From Candidatus Poseidoniales archaeon (GTDB taxonomy: Archaea > Thermoplasmatota > Poseidoniia > Poseidoniales > Poseidoniaceae): DNA of 64,000 nucleotides. Position numbers and translations under genes: made by a program. Position 1 is the first letter of the stretch. Every line of letters starts with the position of its first letter. Shown in pieces: positions 38,322 to 49,170 of the stretch. A model generated the notes under the pieces. That model did not search any database and was not told the DNA's origin. It saw only the letters and a program-made list of their open reading frames with translations. The stretch lies in NCBI GenBank assembly GCA_038146705.1, contig JAYQSB010000003.1, forward strand, positions 2,968-66,967, written 5' to 3'.

Positions 38322-38933
38322 TTATTCTTCAATTTTTTTCAACGAACCAAATTCACTTGCAAGGATTGCCCCAATACAACAAGAAACGGCGTAGATCATA
38401 ATCACTGAACTATGATTTGACAAAAGGTTCGGTCCAATTGTCCTCGCTGGATTCATACTTGCACCTGTGAGGGAACCAAAGAAAAAAGCGAGGAATGCCA
38501 CTGTGCCCCCCACCCATACGGCAATGGCGAACATGGACGAGGTTTGTCGTATGATGAAAAGAATGCTGAGCATGAGCAGCATAGTAATGAAAATTTCAAT
38601 TCCCACAAGTTCTGCTAAGCCGATGTGATTTGCAGGGGTGGTCGGCCCTGCACCTCCTGATAGTAAAGATCCAATGAACCCACCACTAATTTGAGCAACG
38701 ATGTATGGCAAAACAAGGCCTTTGTCGAGATTGCCACTTCGCCAAAACCCTAACGTTACTGCAGGATTGATATGAGCGCCTGAAACAGGTCCAAAACAAA
38801 TGATGGCGATACAAACTGCAAGGCCAAATGTGAAAGACACTGCAAATGAAGACCAACCAAGTGCGATTGAACCGCACCCAACGCCGACCATAAATGCGGT
38901 ACCACAAAATTCGGCACCTACTTTTTTCCACAC
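38322..38933 (-). CDS. MIP-family channel (aquaporin/glycerol facilitator-like)
   Basis: It has two NPA boxes, HINPAVTLG and SMNPARTIG, and six hydrophobic helices. Confidence 0.85.
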   Translation of the reverse strand: MWKKVGAEFCGTAFMVGVGCGSIALGWSSFAVSFTFGLAVCIAIICFGPVSGAHINPAVTLGFWRSGNLDKGLVLPYIVAQISGGFIGSLLSGGAGPTTPANHIGLAELVGIEIFITMLLMLSILFIIRQTSSMFAIAVWVGGTVAFLAFFFGSLTGASMNPARTIGPNLLSNHSSVIMIYAVSCCIGAILASEFGSLKKIEE

Positions 38934-38956
38934 AATAATTTGGCGTTAAGCACGCC

Positions 38957-40192
38957 TTATTGGTTTATCTTCCGTAGTATAATGACGCCACCTGTGAGGA
39001 TGATGAAGAAGATGACAAGGAGCGTGGCATGTATGCCACCTTCATTCAACTGGGCCTGACTTGAGGACGGTTGAGCATCCTCGCTGTTGACTTGCCAATC
39101 CCACCAAGCAAAAGTTGCGACAATGTTGAGACCGGTTTGTAATCCAGATTCTACGCCGCCTCGACCTCCGCCCAATGTGTTGATGGTTGACACTGAATCA
39201 CTTTGAGCATGTTTCGGCGTTTGTTCACACGCATCACCCTCCTCGTAGATGTATTGATGCTGACCGCGAATCCAAGTTGCAGTATGACCATTCATGATGA
39301 AATTGAAATGATCGGAATTGCCTTTCGTATCGTCGATAACACGAACCCATTGCTCTGGATGAGAGAGGTTTGAATTGATCGATTTCAAGTGCTCTTGGAA
39401 CCATTCTGCTCGTGCTTGCATCTCCTCGGTGACTTCAAGTCCGTTCCCTTCATAATACGACCAGTCGGATACTGGCGAGGTGAATTGATACAAAGTCCAA
39501 AATTCTTCATCGCAGCCAGCGAGTTGACTAGCAAGAGGCGTTTCCACAGGCCAGTTGAGTGCAAACATGTCAAGATTCACATACGTAACTTCAACATCCT
39601 CGGGAATCTGTTCGGTCACGAAGTGTAAACTGCCTTTTCCACCACCCTCAGGACTTCCGCTCCCTTGCCATTCCTCGTAATCCCACCAACCGAGTTTCCA
39701 AGTATGCGTCGGCTTACCCTCCCATAATGAAAACACGCGTGCAAGTTCAAGTAACGCCCCAGAACCAGTCCCATCATCATAAGCACCACTGCTTGTGCAG
39801 GTGGGATATGTCATCCCGATGAGAGGGGGAGGTGAGTAGCAAATTGCATCATGATGTGCACCAACAACATACCATTTGTCGGGTTCGTTACCCTCAATTG
39901 TCACAACGATGTTTTCGCAATTTGTACAAACCTTTGTTGTGAATGGTTGCCGTTCAACGTCGTAACCCATCGACTCCAACTCCGAAGCAATCCATTCTCT
40001 TGCATTTTGGTTCGCATTTGTGTCAATGCGTCTGTAGCCGAAATCGGTCATCGATACCATGTTGTCATATGCCCGACTCCCTTCTGGCCACACCGGGGGT
40101 TCTTCTTCGACAACTTCCATGCCAAGATTGCCAGACAATGGTAACATGGTCAAAATGAAGCATGCGAAGAGCATACGACGTATCTGAGCCAT
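38957..40192 (-). CDS. M28-family metallopeptidase, secreted with C-terminal TM anchor
   Basis: It has a signal-like N-terminus, VVGAHHDA, YDDGTGSGALLELAR and the C-terminal helix LLVIFFIILTGGVIIL. Confidence 0.7.
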   Translation of the reverse strand: MAQIRRMLFACFILTMLPLSGNLGMEVVEEEPPVWPEGSRAYDNMVSMTDFGYRRIDTNANQNAREWIASELESMGYDVERQPFTTKVCTNCENIVVTIEGNEPDKWYVVGAHHDAICYSPPPLIGMTYPTCTSSGAYDDGTGSGALLELARVFSLWEGKPTHTWKLGWWDYEEWQGSGSPEGGGKGSLHFVTEQIPEDVEVTYVNLDMFALNWPVETPLASQLAGCDEEFWTLYQFTSPVSDWSYYEGNGLEVTEEMQARAEWFQEHLKSINSNLSHPEQWVRVIDDTKGNSDHFNFIMNGHTATWIRGQHQYIYEEGDACEQTPKHAQSDSVSTINTLGGGRGGVESGLQTGLNIVATFAWWDWQVNSEDAQPSSSQAQLNEGGIHATLLVIFFIILTGGVIILRKINQ

Positions 40193-40231
40193 GACTTGAC
40201 CTCTACGAGCATCATATCTTGAGGTTTCGCT

Positions 40232-41206
40232 TCAATCCCATTTACCTTCAACATCATACTCTTCTGGACCGATAGCAACTTTGCCTTGACCAGCAGAATA
40301 CCAACCACGGTACATCAATCTCGTTTGATATGGTAACACAAAATCACCATTTTTCGAGACTGCAATCAAGCCGCCACGTCCGCCAAAAGGTTCAACCGCG
40401 TGCATGATTTTTATTGCCGCTTCTTCCAATGTCACGTTGAGATGTTGCAGATTTGTTGCAAGCGTATGAGCCGCACATGTACGAATGAATGCTTCCCCAA
40501 CGCCAGTGCATGAAATAGCAACTTGCGAATCCGCCCACGTTCCAGCACCGATGATCGGTGTATCCCCCACTCTCCCATTGGGTTTACCAGTCATGCCTCC
40601 AGTCGATGTTGCAGCTGCCAGATGGCCGTGAATATCAAGAGCGACAGCACCTACAGTTCCATGACCATCATCCTCTAAATCATGGTCGAGAGCGGCCATG
40701 TCATCTTCGTCGGTTGTTCCTGGTCTGAGCGATGCCCGTTTCCATTTCTCCCATTGTGCCACACGAAGTTCGGTCACAAACCAACCCGCTTCGACCATTT
40801 CGCATCCGCTTCTTTCTGCAAAATCATCAGCGGCACTGCCGTGGAACATGATGGGCCATTCTTGCTCAAGCAATCTATGTGCAACATCGACAGGGTGGCG
40901 AGTGCGTTGTAAACCGATGACAGCCCCTGCCCGCCCGTCTTTTCCGTCCATGATGCTTGCATCCATTGTAGCACGTTTGTTTTCGTCGAGGACTGAACCC
41001 TTTCCAGCATTAAAGAGAGGTTCGTCCTCGAGCCATTCAACAGCTAATTTTACTGCTTCAAGAGCATCGATTTCACCACGCTCAAGCCTTGGGCCAATGG
41101 TCCTGAGCAATGTTTGCATACATTGGATTCGCTCAGGGTCTAAATCGCTCAAACCCTTCCACGGACCGTCTCCGCCTGCTCCACCGTGAATGACGAGCAC
41201 GGTCAT
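40232..41206 (-). CDS. Isoaspartyl peptidase / L-asparaginase (Ntn hydrolase)
   Basis: VIHGGAGG and GHGTVGAVALD (autocleavage Thr) are present. The start was re-picked at MTVLVIHGG. Confidence 0.85.
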   Translation of the reverse strand: MTVLVIHGGAGGDGPWKGLSDLDPERIQCMQTLLRTIGPRLERGEIDALEAVKLAVEWLEDEPLFNAGKGSVLDENKRATMDASIMDGKDGRAGAVIGLQRTRHPVDVAHRLLEQEWPIMFHGSAADDFAERSGCEMVEAGWFVTELRVAQWEKWKRASLRPGTTDEDDMAALDHDLEDDGHGTVGAVALDIHGHLAAATSTGGMTGKPNGRVGDTPIIGAGTWADSQVAISCTGVGEAFIRTCAAHTLATNLQHLNVTLEEAAIKIMHAVEPFGGRGGLIAVSKNGDFVLPYQTRLMYRGWYSAGQGKVAIGPEEYDVEGKWD

Positions 41207-41211
41207 TGAGT

Positions 41212-41694
41212 TCACTCTATGACGCTGCAACGAATGATTTGTTGTGGTTCAAGAGGGCGGTCACGACCATCAGTGTCACAACCTTCAATGGCACGAACCG
41301 CACTCATGCCATCGACAACTTCACCGAACACGGCATGGTTTCCATTGAGCCAAGGCGTTGCAACGGTTGTCAGAAAGAATTGTGACCCACCAGTGTTTCG
41401 ACCAGCGTTTGCCATCGATAGAATACCAGGCTTGTCGTGTTTCAATGCAAGAGCAGAGGGTTCACAGGGAATCTGCCATCCAGGTCCACCAGTTCCAGCT
41501 CTATTCGACTTTGGGTCTTTCGAATGAGGGCAACCACCTTGGATCATGAAGTCTGGAATCACTCTGTGAAAGTGTAGGCCGTCGTAATGCCCGGCGTTCA
41601 CGAGTTTAACGAAATTTGCCACTGTATCGGGGGCACTTCCGTGAAAGAGGTCAATGGTAATATTTCCAGCACTTGTTTCCATAAGGACTTGCAT
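41212..41694 (-). CDS. Cyclophilin-type peptidyl-prolyl cis-trans isomerase
   Basis: FHRVIPDFMIQGG and SMANAG are present. The start was re-picked at MQVLMETS. Confidence 0.9.
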   Translation of the reverse strand: MQVLMETSAGNITIDLFHGSAPDTVANFVKLVNAGHYDGLHFHRVIPDFMIQGGCPHSKDPKSNRAGTGGPGWQIPCEPSALALKHDKPGILSMANAGRNTGGSQFFLTTVATPWLNGNHAVFGEVVDGMSAVRAIEGCDTDGRDRPLEPQQIIRCSVIE

Positions 41695-41780
41695 AGTTGA
41701 TGCACAGAGCGGTTGTTCAAGAGCATTGTGTTCAGTTGATGAAAGCAAGAATTCAAAAAAAGAGTGCTTTTCATTGAAAC

Positions 41781-42236
41781 ATGAGCAATATCCTCGACAT
41801 AGAATTCAACACAATGAATGATGAAACAACGACACTTCGACAACTCGGAGGGTCAAAATGGCTTGTTGTAAATGTCGCCTCAGCCTGCGGAGCAACGCCT
41901 CAGTATGCTGGCCTCCAAACAATATATGAGTCGAATGAGGACGTAACAGTGGTCGGTTTTCCTTGCAACCAATTTGGTCGACAAGAGCCAGGAACACATG
42001 AAGAAATATGTGAATTCACTTCAACAAAATATCAGGTTACATTTCCACTCATGGCGAAAATTGATGTGAACGGTGAGCAGCAAACCCCACTCTATTCCGA
42101 ACTTTGTAAGGTTGAAGACTCCACAGGGCACTCGGGAGAAATTCGATGGAATTTTGAAAAATTCCTCATCGACAATGATGGCAATGTTCAACGATTCTCA
42201 ACTCGCGTTCTTCCAAGCGACATTGCCTTGGAATAA
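41781..42236 (+). CDS. Glutathione peroxidase (Cys-type)
   Basis: VVNVASACGATPQY with a TGC Cys codon at 41886-41888, GFPCNQFG and WNFEKFL are present. Confidence 0.88.
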   Translation: MSNILDIEFNTMNDETTTLRQLGGSKWLVVNVASACGATPQYAGLQTIYESNEDVTVVGFPCNQFGRQEPGTHEEICEFTSTKYQVTFPLMAKIDVNGEQQTPLYSELCKVEDSTGHSGEIRWNFEKFLIDNDGNVQRFSTRVLPSDIALE

Positions 42237-42289
42237 TCCAATCAGTAAAGAGCGACATCCTGCGATAGAGGTTTGAACACTAAAATTGT

Positions 42290-42973
42290 TCAATCCAAAA
42301 TGATATTCTCGTTGTTTAAGGCATGATGCCACATACCATTCAATCGAACGATGTTGTACGCTGAGCGGTCAACACGGTTGACAATGTTAACAACTTCTAA
42401 TCGAGCAGCTTTACCACCCATCGTATCGGAGTTCAAACTTGAAAGGGCTGCAACTGCTTTTGCATGGAAATTTTTGACTTCAATCCAGTGGATACGCACC
42501 TCATCAGCAGGAACCTCTTTCCCTTCGGTTAAACAGACGATTGTAATGTCAATCAAGTGATTGAGATGTTGATGCATTTCCAAAACAGGCTCCACAATTT
42601 CTTGAGGTAACTCATCAGCCTCTTCGTCGATGGAACGGTCAGAGCGAGCGATGTCACGGGCATGTCGGATAATTCGCTCCACTGTATCGACTGCACGAAG
42701 GTATGTAGCGATAATTCTGAGGTCCTGCATCAATGGTTGATTAAGTGCTAAGATGAGCAGTAAATCATTGGTTAAATCCCAATTGATTTCACGAGCTTTT
42801 GCTCGTGCACGTTTTGCCTCAGAATACACTTGCGAATCAAGTTTCGTAAACGCCTCAATTGCGTCGTCGTAGATGTGTTTTGCTTCTTCAAAATATTCTT
42901 TCAGTTCTAATTGTACAGATTTTATTCTTTGATCGAGTCCAGTTCTAATTGGCATTTTATTCACCTCATCCAA
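42290..42973 (-). CDS. phoU: Phosphate transport system regulator PhoU
   Basis: It is a 227-aa two-repeat helical protein directly downstream of pstB, with an 8-nt overlap. Confidence 0.85.
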   Translation of the reverse strand: MDEVNKMPIRTGLDQRIKSVQLELKEYFEEAKHIYDDAIEAFTKLDSQVYSEAKRARAKAREINWDLTNDLLLILALNQPLMQDLRIIATYLRAVDTVERIIRHARDIARSDRSIDEEADELPQEIVEPVLEMHQHLNHLIDITIVCLTEGKEVPADEVRIHWIEVKNFHAKAVAALSSLNSDTMGGKAARLEVVNIVNRVDRSAYNIVRLNGMWHHALNNENIILD

Positions 42974-43781
42974 ATCGTCCAGTAATGTAGCGTTTTGTTA
43001 ACTCTTGGTCAGGGTCAGAAAAGATCTTCTCCGTTTTGTTGAATTCAACCATGCGTCCAAGATACATAAATCCGGTATAATCACTCACTCGAGCAGCTTG
43101 TGACATCGAATGTGTTACAATGACAACAGTGAAATCCTTCTTCAATTCAAGAATTAATTCTTCAATCGCCGCGGTGGCAATCGGGTCAAGTGCACTACAT
43201 GGTTCATCCATGAGAATAACATCTGGTTCGATTGCGATAGAACGTGCAATGCAAAGTCGCTGTTGTTGTCCACCGGAAAGTGATGTGCCAAGATCATGTA
43301 ATCGGTCGGAGACCTCAGACCAAATTGCCGCTCGTTTGAGACTATTTTCAACAATTGAATCCAATTGCTCTCTACTAGGTTTATGGTGAAGTTTTACACC
43401 ATATGCGACATTATCGTAAATTGACTTAGGGAATGGGTTTGGCCTCTGGAAAACCATACCTATGTTTTTTCGAATGCCCACCAAATCAGCATCCTTCGCA
43501 GTGATCTCGGTTTCACCTTGAACGATTTTACCCTCGTATCGACAAATCGGGATTAAATCATTCATTCGATTGATTGTACGCAGCAACGTACTTTTTCCGC
43601 AACCAGAAGGGCCAATAAGCGAAGTCACACAATTTTTTGCAATCGGTAAGGAAACATCATACAACGCTTGTTTTGTTCCATACCACAAATCAAGTCCATC
43701 GATGTGTATTTCAGCATCACCATCAATATCCAATTTTCTCGTTGATGGTGGTATGTCATTCTCGATATTTTCTTCTGTCAT
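42966..43781 (-). CDS. pstB: Phosphate ABC transporter ATP-binding protein
   Basis: [24 protein letters not shown] and ILMDEP are present. Confidence 0.93.
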   Translation of the reverse strand: MTEENIENDIPPSTRKLDIDGDAEIHIDGLDLWYGTKQALYDVSLPIAKNCVTSLIGPSGCGKSTLLRTINRMNDLIPICRYEGKIVQGETEITAKDADLVGIRKNIGMVFQRPNPFPKSIYDNVAYGVKLHHKPSREQLDSIVENSLKRAAIWSEVSDRLHDLGTSLSGGQQQRLCIARSIAIEPDVILMDEPCSALDPIATAAIEELILELKKDFTVVIVTHSMSQAARVSDYTGFMYLGRMVEFNKTEKIFSDPDQELTKRYITGRFG

Positions 43782-45484
43782 GAGTTCAGTCTCCTTCGAT
43801 AATATTCTCTAAGTATGATTGCGATGCTGTTCATCGATATCATAACGGCAATAAGAGCAATACTCGCTGCAGCAGCCATTGCATGCCATTCATGACCAGG
43901 TTCTGCAGTCCATGCATAAATTTGGATTGGTATCACTGTGAAGTTAATGTTCCCATCCGTGAGTGCTGCAAAGGGTTCGGGGTCGAAAAGCACAGCACCA
44001 AATGCACCGACAACAAGCAGGGGGGCAGCTTCACCAACGATACGACTCATGGCGAGAATCGTCCCTGTCATCATACCAGGCATGGCTGATGGTAACACGT
44101 GGTCTTTCGTGACTTGCCATCGGGTGCAACCTATTCCGTAAGCGGATTCACGAATAGACCGGGGCACGCTTCTAAGCGCTTCTTGTGCTGCGAGAACAAT
44201 GATTGGCATCGCCATGACGCCCATTGTCAAACCAGCAGCAAAGATAGAAGGTCCAAATCCAAGCCCGAAACCTCCTTCTCGAACGAATATTGCTAGTCCA
44301 AAGAGTCCGAAAACAATCGATGGAACACCAGCAAGATTTGTGATTAAAGCTTGAATCAACTTGGTAAGCCGTGTTGGCTTTGCATATTCTTCCAAATAAA
44401 TCGCTGCACCTATCGATACTGGAATTGCCATAACCATAGCGATTCCCATGACCCAAAAGGTTCCATAAAATGCTGAACGAATACCAGAAGAATATGGCTG
44501 GAAGATGTCTTGATACCGTTCAGTCAGGAACGGTATGTGTACATTGAGTGGGATGAAAAATGTTGAAACGAGGAAGAAAAGCCTAGCCCAAAGCATCAAC
44601 CCGTCGCGATTTACAATTGAATGCTTGAGTAAAGTTCTGTCATTCAATGACTTCATCTGATTGCTCAGTCTGAATATTCCCTCCGATAGATTGGCAAGCA
44701 TTCTCAAGCCGATAAAACAATTCAAAACGATGAAAAATCGGATGATTGTAATCTCATAGAAGATGAAGAAAAGAAATGGCACGAGCGAGATCCATCGTAT
44801 AATTTGATGGTTTTTAGATATTGAAGCGATTGGTTGAATAATTTTCTCGTTCGGGAAAATATACACGAAAATCATCACCATCAAGAGACACCAACTTATG
44901 ATAGCAATCGATTCTTCAATTGAAACTCCGTTTGAAAATACAGTACTAACATCACTTTGAATGACAAAAGTGTTGACTTGTGGATAACCAGTTTCATTGG
45001 CAGCAGGTGTTGGTCCAGAGATTTGATGGACGGAAACTGGAGTACTCAGCGTTGAGTAAATGTAAAATTTCGTCTTCTTACCCACTGTTACTTCGTTTGT
45101 ATCAACTCCATTTTCATTAAGTTGAATATTTTCCTTTACATTTCGTTGAGGAATGACGGTGATCTCAATTTCATGCTCATGGCTACCGTTTTCATCGTCC
45201 CAAGCGAGTTGGATGACAATTGGTTCGGATATGAGGTTTCCATCCTCATCGACAGAAGGATTATCCCATTTCAAAATATAATCAGATATGGGTAAAAATT
45301 CTGTTGCAGCTACAATTTCACCTTCCTCACCATCAATAATGGTTGGTTTTGCGATTTGATAGACTAAAATGAGGAGAAAAACCAAACCGATAATACTTGT
45401 TAAAGCCAAGCCTCCGGACCCTACTTTTTCAATGAATTCTCTACCTTTACGGTTTCGAACAGGGAGTTTATCAATCTCTTTCAT
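43778..45484 (-). CDS. pstA: Phosphate ABC transporter permease PstA with ~290-aa N-terminal extension
   Basis: It is the second permease in the pstC-pstA-pstB-phoU order. The C-terminal half is a typical PstA core. The N-terminal half adds a TM anchor, an extracytoplasmic domain of about 170 aa and extra TM segments. Confidence 0.8.
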   Translation of the reverse strand: MKEIDKLPVRNRKGREFIEKVGSGGLALTSIIGLVFLLILVYQIAKPTIIDGEEGEIVAATEFLPISDYILKWDNPSVDEDGNLISEPIVIQLAWDDENGSHEHEIEITVIPQRNVKENIQLNENGVDTNEVTVGKKTKFYIYSTLSTPVSVHQISGPTPAANETGYPQVNTFVIQSDVSTVFSNGVSIEESIAIISWCLLMVMIFVYIFPNEKIIQPIASISKNHQIIRWISLVPFLFFIFYEITIIRFFIVLNCFIGLRMLANLSEGIFRLSNQMKSLNDRTLLKHSIVNRDGLMLWARLFFLVSTFFIPLNVHIPFLTERYQDIFQPYSSGIRSAFYGTFWVMGIAMVMAIPVSIGAAIYLEEYAKPTRLTKLIQALITNLAGVPSIVFGLFGLAIFVREGGFGLGFGPSIFAAGLTMGVMAMPIIVLAAQEALRSVPRSIRESAYGIGCTRWQVTKDHVLPSAMPGMMTGTILAMSRIVGEAAPLLVVGAFGAVLFDPEPFAALTDGNINFTVIPIQIYAWTAEPGHEWHAMAAAASIALIAVMISMNSIAIILREYYRRRLNS

Positions 45485-46812
45485 CAGTACTCCTCCCTGA
45501 AACTCGTTAGAATCTTGTTGCCCAAGAGATTCAAACTCAATGTGATAAAGAAGAGATATAGGCCTACTGCAAAGATTGTGAGGTAGCCAATATCCCCGTA
45601 CGACAAGTCACCCGAAACTTTCTGAGCAATATATGCCGTCATTGTTTGAGCAGGCAGGAACATATTTGTGGTGAAAACAGCAACTGTTCCTACAGCGAGT
45701 GTGACGGCCATCGTCTCACCAACAGCACGTGATAAAGCCAAAATGATACTTGCAATTATGCCCGATAGTGCTGCTTGAATCATAACAAACACTGTTGTTT
45801 CTATCTTTGTTGCACCCAGAGCGAGCGAACCTTCTCTCAATTCATTTGGTACAGCCCTCAATGCATCTTCGGACATTGATGCAATCAATGGTAGAATCAT
45901 TATACCCACGACGATAGCGCCGTTAATTGGATTGAGAATATTCGGGGGTTCATCTATCCACCCTTGTGTGAATGCATATTCTCCAAATTCGACCACAATG
46001 GGTCCGATATAAATAAATGCGAAGAAACCGTACACGACCGAAGGAATTCCAGCAAGTATTTCCAAGGTCGGTTTCACCACAGCAACGAGGCGTGGTTGAG
46101 CATATTCAGACAGAAAAATTGCACATCCTACACCAATTGGGACTGCAATCAGCAACGCCCCGAACGCAACCTGTATTGTTGTGAAAAGAAGGCTATTGAT
46201 ACCAAAAGACATGTTTTCACATAAACTTCTACGGTCCGGACATGACCCTGTTGGCGTCCATTGGGACTGGAAAAAGAACTCGCCAAGTGCTCCAGAGTAA
46301 TTTGTTGTGATAGCGAGTGAAAACGATGCAATACCAAGGGCAAAAAGGGTTTTTTGTAAACCAATTTTTTGTTGGACAAAATCATCATCAAACGAAACAT
46401 CTGCAATAAATTTCCAAGTGAAAATGATGCAAAACATCGAGATTCCGAGCAATATATTATCAAAATAAATGAAAAGAATAAACGCTACCAAATACAACGC
46501 AAACACTGCTTTCGGGGGAAGAAGAACCATTGTTTGTGGTATTTTTGCGCTAAGGTTGGGTTTTTTTCGCACAAGAATCATCGAAGCATAGCATAGGAGA
46601 AACACTCCACTCGCCATGCCATATTGACTCATCAGTCCTTTGAATTCGATGTCAAAATCAAACCATCCGCGTGATGCAGCAACTTCTTGGAAAAATTCTA
46701 CTGATTCACCGAGTAAAGTTTCAATGATTCCAATGGTGATGAAAATAACAGATAACCCAGATAGAAAAAGGAAGATATGTGCCTTATCTTCAAATTGTAT
46801 CTTTGGAACCAT
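45484..46812 (-). CDS. pstC: Phosphate ABC transporter permease PstC (extended N-terminus)
   Basis: It is the first permease of the operon, shares a 1-nt overlap with pstA and has a permease core in the C-terminal ~300 aa. Confidence 0.8.
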   Translation of the reverse strand: MVPKIQFEDKAHIFLFLSGLSVIFITIGIIETLLGESVEFFQEVAASRGWFDFDIEFKGLMSQYGMASGVFLLCYASMILVRKKPNLSAKIPQTMVLLPPKAVFALYLVAFILFIYFDNILLGISMFCIIFTWKFIADVSFDDDFVQQKIGLQKTLFALGIASFSLAITTNYSGALGEFFFQSQWTPTGSCPDRRSLCENMSFGINSLLFTTIQVAFGALLIAVPIGVGCAIFLSEYAQPRLVAVVKPTLEILAGIPSVVYGFFAFIYIGPIVVEFGEYAFTQGWIDEPPNILNPINGAIVVGIMILPLIASMSEDALRAVPNELREGSLALGATKIETTVFVMIQAALSGIIASIILALSRAVGETMAVTLAVGTVAVFTTNMFLPAQTMTAYIAQKVSGDLSYGDIGYLTIFAVGLYLFFITLSLNLLGNKILTSFREEY

Positions 46813-46821
46813 GGAATCATC

Positions 46822-47859
46822 TCATTGGTATTGCATTTGCTCATACATGAGAATGTTGATGAGGGATTCAGCATAGTTAACGCTGTATGCACACAATCTT
46901 CGCATGGATTCAGAAATTTTGAATTCGGCAAAAAGTCGCTCAGCCGAACCTCTTCCATTGTAGTGCTCGTCTTCTGCAGTTTCGACTTCTTTTCGAAGAG
47001 TTGAAAGATTTATTTTGCATTGGTGTATAATCGTTGTATCCTTTGTGTACATGTTGTGAATGAGTTTTTTCAAATCCCGTGACCATGGCTCGATCGCCTT
47101 CAGTGGGTATTCCGAAGTTTTCATTTTGACAATTGAAGCATTATGTCGCACCAGGGTCGCTAATCGAGTGGCGTGGTCACCCATTCTTTCTAAAATCCGA
47201 GCGATGTTTGCATGTTCCATGGCAGAATACCGACTCACACCAAGTTGTTTTTCAACTGAACTCGAGTAAATCGAGGATGCAACTTGGCGTTCAATCAACA
47301 TCCTTCGAGCATCAATTTGGCGTTCACGTTCTTCTATGTCAGACAACAGTTCAACATCCTCTCCGGATAAAACATCAAATGAGTCTTTGACAAGGCTAGC
47401 GATGAGAATATACATCCGATTGACAGAAACTTGAAGTTTTAATTCCGATGGATTGAGGAGTGAAACGATAATGATTTCTTTTTCCGATTCCGTTTCAATT
47501 TCCATTCCTCGCGAATCTCTCAAGAATTCGCGAACTGTTTTTTTTACAGTTCTCGATATTGGGTCCTTAGAATGTATTCGTATAGAGTCACAACCGGTGA
47601 GGTAGGTACCTATGAGTAAATCCATAATTTCGCTCCCAACCAGTGTCGAATCAATAGAAACAGTAGATTTAAGGGAACTCTGTGATATTGGAGAAATTTT
47701 CAAATCACCAGATTGCATTTCATTTAGATTAACAACATCACCCTTAGCGAGGTTATGTTGCTCAACCCAACTCTTAGGGAGGGATACGATGACCGTGGAG
47801 CCTCCTGTGACTTGGAGCTTTCGGAAGGTCGAATCCTGGTTTAAATGTTGGCCGCCCAC
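46822..47859 (-). CDS. AbrB/SpoVT-domain plus PhoU-domain phosphate-uptake regulator (archaeal type)
   Basis: N-terminal VIVSLPKSWVEQHNLAKGD is a looped-hinge-helix AbrB-like motif. It is followed by PhoU-like helical repeats. The gene heads the pstCAB-phoU operon. Confidence 0.7.
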   Translation of the reverse strand: MGGQHLNQDSTFRKLQVTGGSTVIVSLPKSWVEQHNLAKGDVVNLNEMQSGDLKISPISQSSLKSTVSIDSTLVGSEIMDLLIGTYLTGCDSIRIHSKDPISRTVKKTVREFLRDSRGMEIETESEKEIIIVSLLNPSELKLQVSVNRMYILIASLVKDSFDVLSGEDVELLSDIEERERQIDARRMLIERQVASSIYSSSVEKQLGVSRYSAMEHANIARILERMGDHATRLATLVRHNASIVKMKTSEYPLKAIEPWSRDLKKLIHNMYTKDTTIIHQCKINLSTLRKEVETAEDEHYNGRGSAERLFAEFKISESMRRLCAYSVNYAESLINILMYEQMQYQ

Positions 47860-47904
47860 ACAGCAGTCGAGATGCCATATTGATACATACTTCCCCTCAA
47901 TAGT

Positions 47905-47950
47905 GAATATAGTAATATATAGTTCTATATTATAAAACAGTCAATATATT
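47905..47950. promoter_or_regulatory. AT-rich divergent pst control region with repeated AATATA / TATATT hexamers and a TATAAAA element
   Basis: AATATA occurs at 47906-47911, 47914-47919 and 47943-47948. The inverted copy TATATT is at 47926-47931 and TATAAAA is at 47931-47937. Confidence 0.35.
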
Positions 47951-47980
47951 GGGCAACACTATGCTGTAAAAGTAATCCTC

Positions 47981-47999
47981 GGGTATCAGGGAGATACCC
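47981..47999 (+). other. Perfect 7-bp hairpin GGGTATC-AGGGA-GATACCC ending 2 nt before the pstS ATG
   Basis: This was read directly from the sequence. The purine-rich loop AGGGA sits where a ribosome-binding site would be expected. Confidence 0.45.
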
Positions 48000-48001
48000 A
48001 A

Positions 48002-49120
48002 ATGAGTGTAAAAACGACTAAAAATTTAGGAATAACATGGATGTTTGTTGTCTTGATGATGTTCAGCGGGTTAGCTGGATGTTTGGGCGGCGATGATACA
48101 TCTGAAGAAGATAAACAAGTTGAGCAGAAAACGATCAACATTGCTGGTAGCAGTACTGTGTTCCCAGTCGCAAGTGCTTGGGGGCAGTCATATTCTGAAG
48201 CGAATCCAGAATATGTTGTCAATGTCGCTGGCGGTGGTTCAGGTGCAGGTGCTTCCAAGGTTTGTAGCACCGACTCAGATTCGGTGAACATCGGGGATAT
48301 GAGCCGAGATTGGAAATCATCCGAAGCAACCAAAGGCGATGATGGATACACTTTCGCTTGTGAGAGTTCTGATGTAACTGTCACACAACTCATCGTTGCT
48401 ATTGATGGATTGTCAGTAGTCGTCAAGAAAGGCGGTGCAGCAGACCAATGCATCTCTTCGATGGGCGGATTGTCCATGGCACAACTTCGATGGATGTATT
48501 CCGACTGGACCGAAGCAGACCTCGAAGCAGACGGTCTCAACATGTCCTCAGTCACACCAGGTAACGACAACGATGGTGTTCGAGAATGGAGTGATCTTTC
48601 CAGCAACTGTGGCGACTCGGAAATCAAACTCTGGGGTGCTGATTCAGACTCAGGCACCTACGAGTACTTCGGTGAACAAGTCTTCTGTAAGAGTTGCTTT
48701 GCCGATGCTGAACCAGTTTCAGAATCCTTCGATGTCGATCGAGGATATCAAAACTCAGCTGACGACAACCAAATCGTTAACGGTATCACTGGTGATGAAA
48801 ATGCAATCGGCTACTTCGGATATGCTTACTACGAGGAGAACGAAAACGTCTTGTCTGTAGCGGCAATTGCAAACAATGACACCCACGGTGTAGAGGATGC
48901 TGGTGGTGCAGTAGCACCTGACGCAACGACAGTTGCAGACGGCAGTTATGCCCCACTCTCAAGGTACATTTACATGAACGTCAACAACGACGGTTGGGAT
49001 CTCGTTCGATCTTTCATTGAATATGGATTTAGCGAAGCCGGTATGGAACACGTCATGGATGTGGGCTATGTGGCTCTTCCAGAATCAATGCTTGAAGAAA
49101 TGAGAGCCCGAATTGGCTGA
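48002..49120 (+). CDS. pstS: Phosphate-binding protein PstS (lipobox-anchored)
   Basis: The N-terminal signal has the lipobox-like FSGLAGC. IAGSSTVFP and GGGSGAG are typical of PstS-family PBPs. Confidence 0.85.
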   Translation: MSVKTTKNLGITWMFVVLMMFSGLAGCLGGDDTSEEDKQVEQKTINIAGSSTVFPVASAWGQSYSEANPEYVVNVAGGGSGAGASKVCSTDSDSVNIGDMSRDWKSSEATKGDDGYTFACESSDVTVTQLIVAIDGLSVVVKKGGAADQCISSMGGLSMAQLRWMYSDWTEADLEADGLNMSSVTPGNDNDGVREWSDLSSNCGDSEIKLWGADSDSGTYEYFGEQVFCKSCFADAEPVSESFDVDRGYQNSADDNQIVNGITGDENAIGYFGYAYYEENENVLSVAAIANNDTHGVEDAGGAVAPDATTVADGSYAPLSRYIYMNVNNDGWDLVRSFIEYGFSEAGMEHVMDVGYVALPESMLEEMRARIG

Positions 49121-49170
49121 ACATGATTGAACGCAAACGTCCTCCGGTCAGTCATATAACCCGACGATAA

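Noticed and set aside
40698-41189. A 163-aa plus-strand ORF inside the asparaginase gene
   Set aside because: It is Ser/Pro-rich shadow-frame sequence. The minus-strand product has clear Ntn-hydrolase motifs.
41886-41888. Possible selenocysteine recoding in glutathione peroxidase
   Set aside because: The active-site codon is TGC (Cys), not TGA, so this is an ordinary Cys-type GPx.
47986-48657. A 223-aa ORF antisense to pstS
   Set aside because: It is S/P/T-rich low-complexity sequence with no motifs. The sense strand encodes a PstS with a lipobox and PBP motifs, so this is an antisense artefact.
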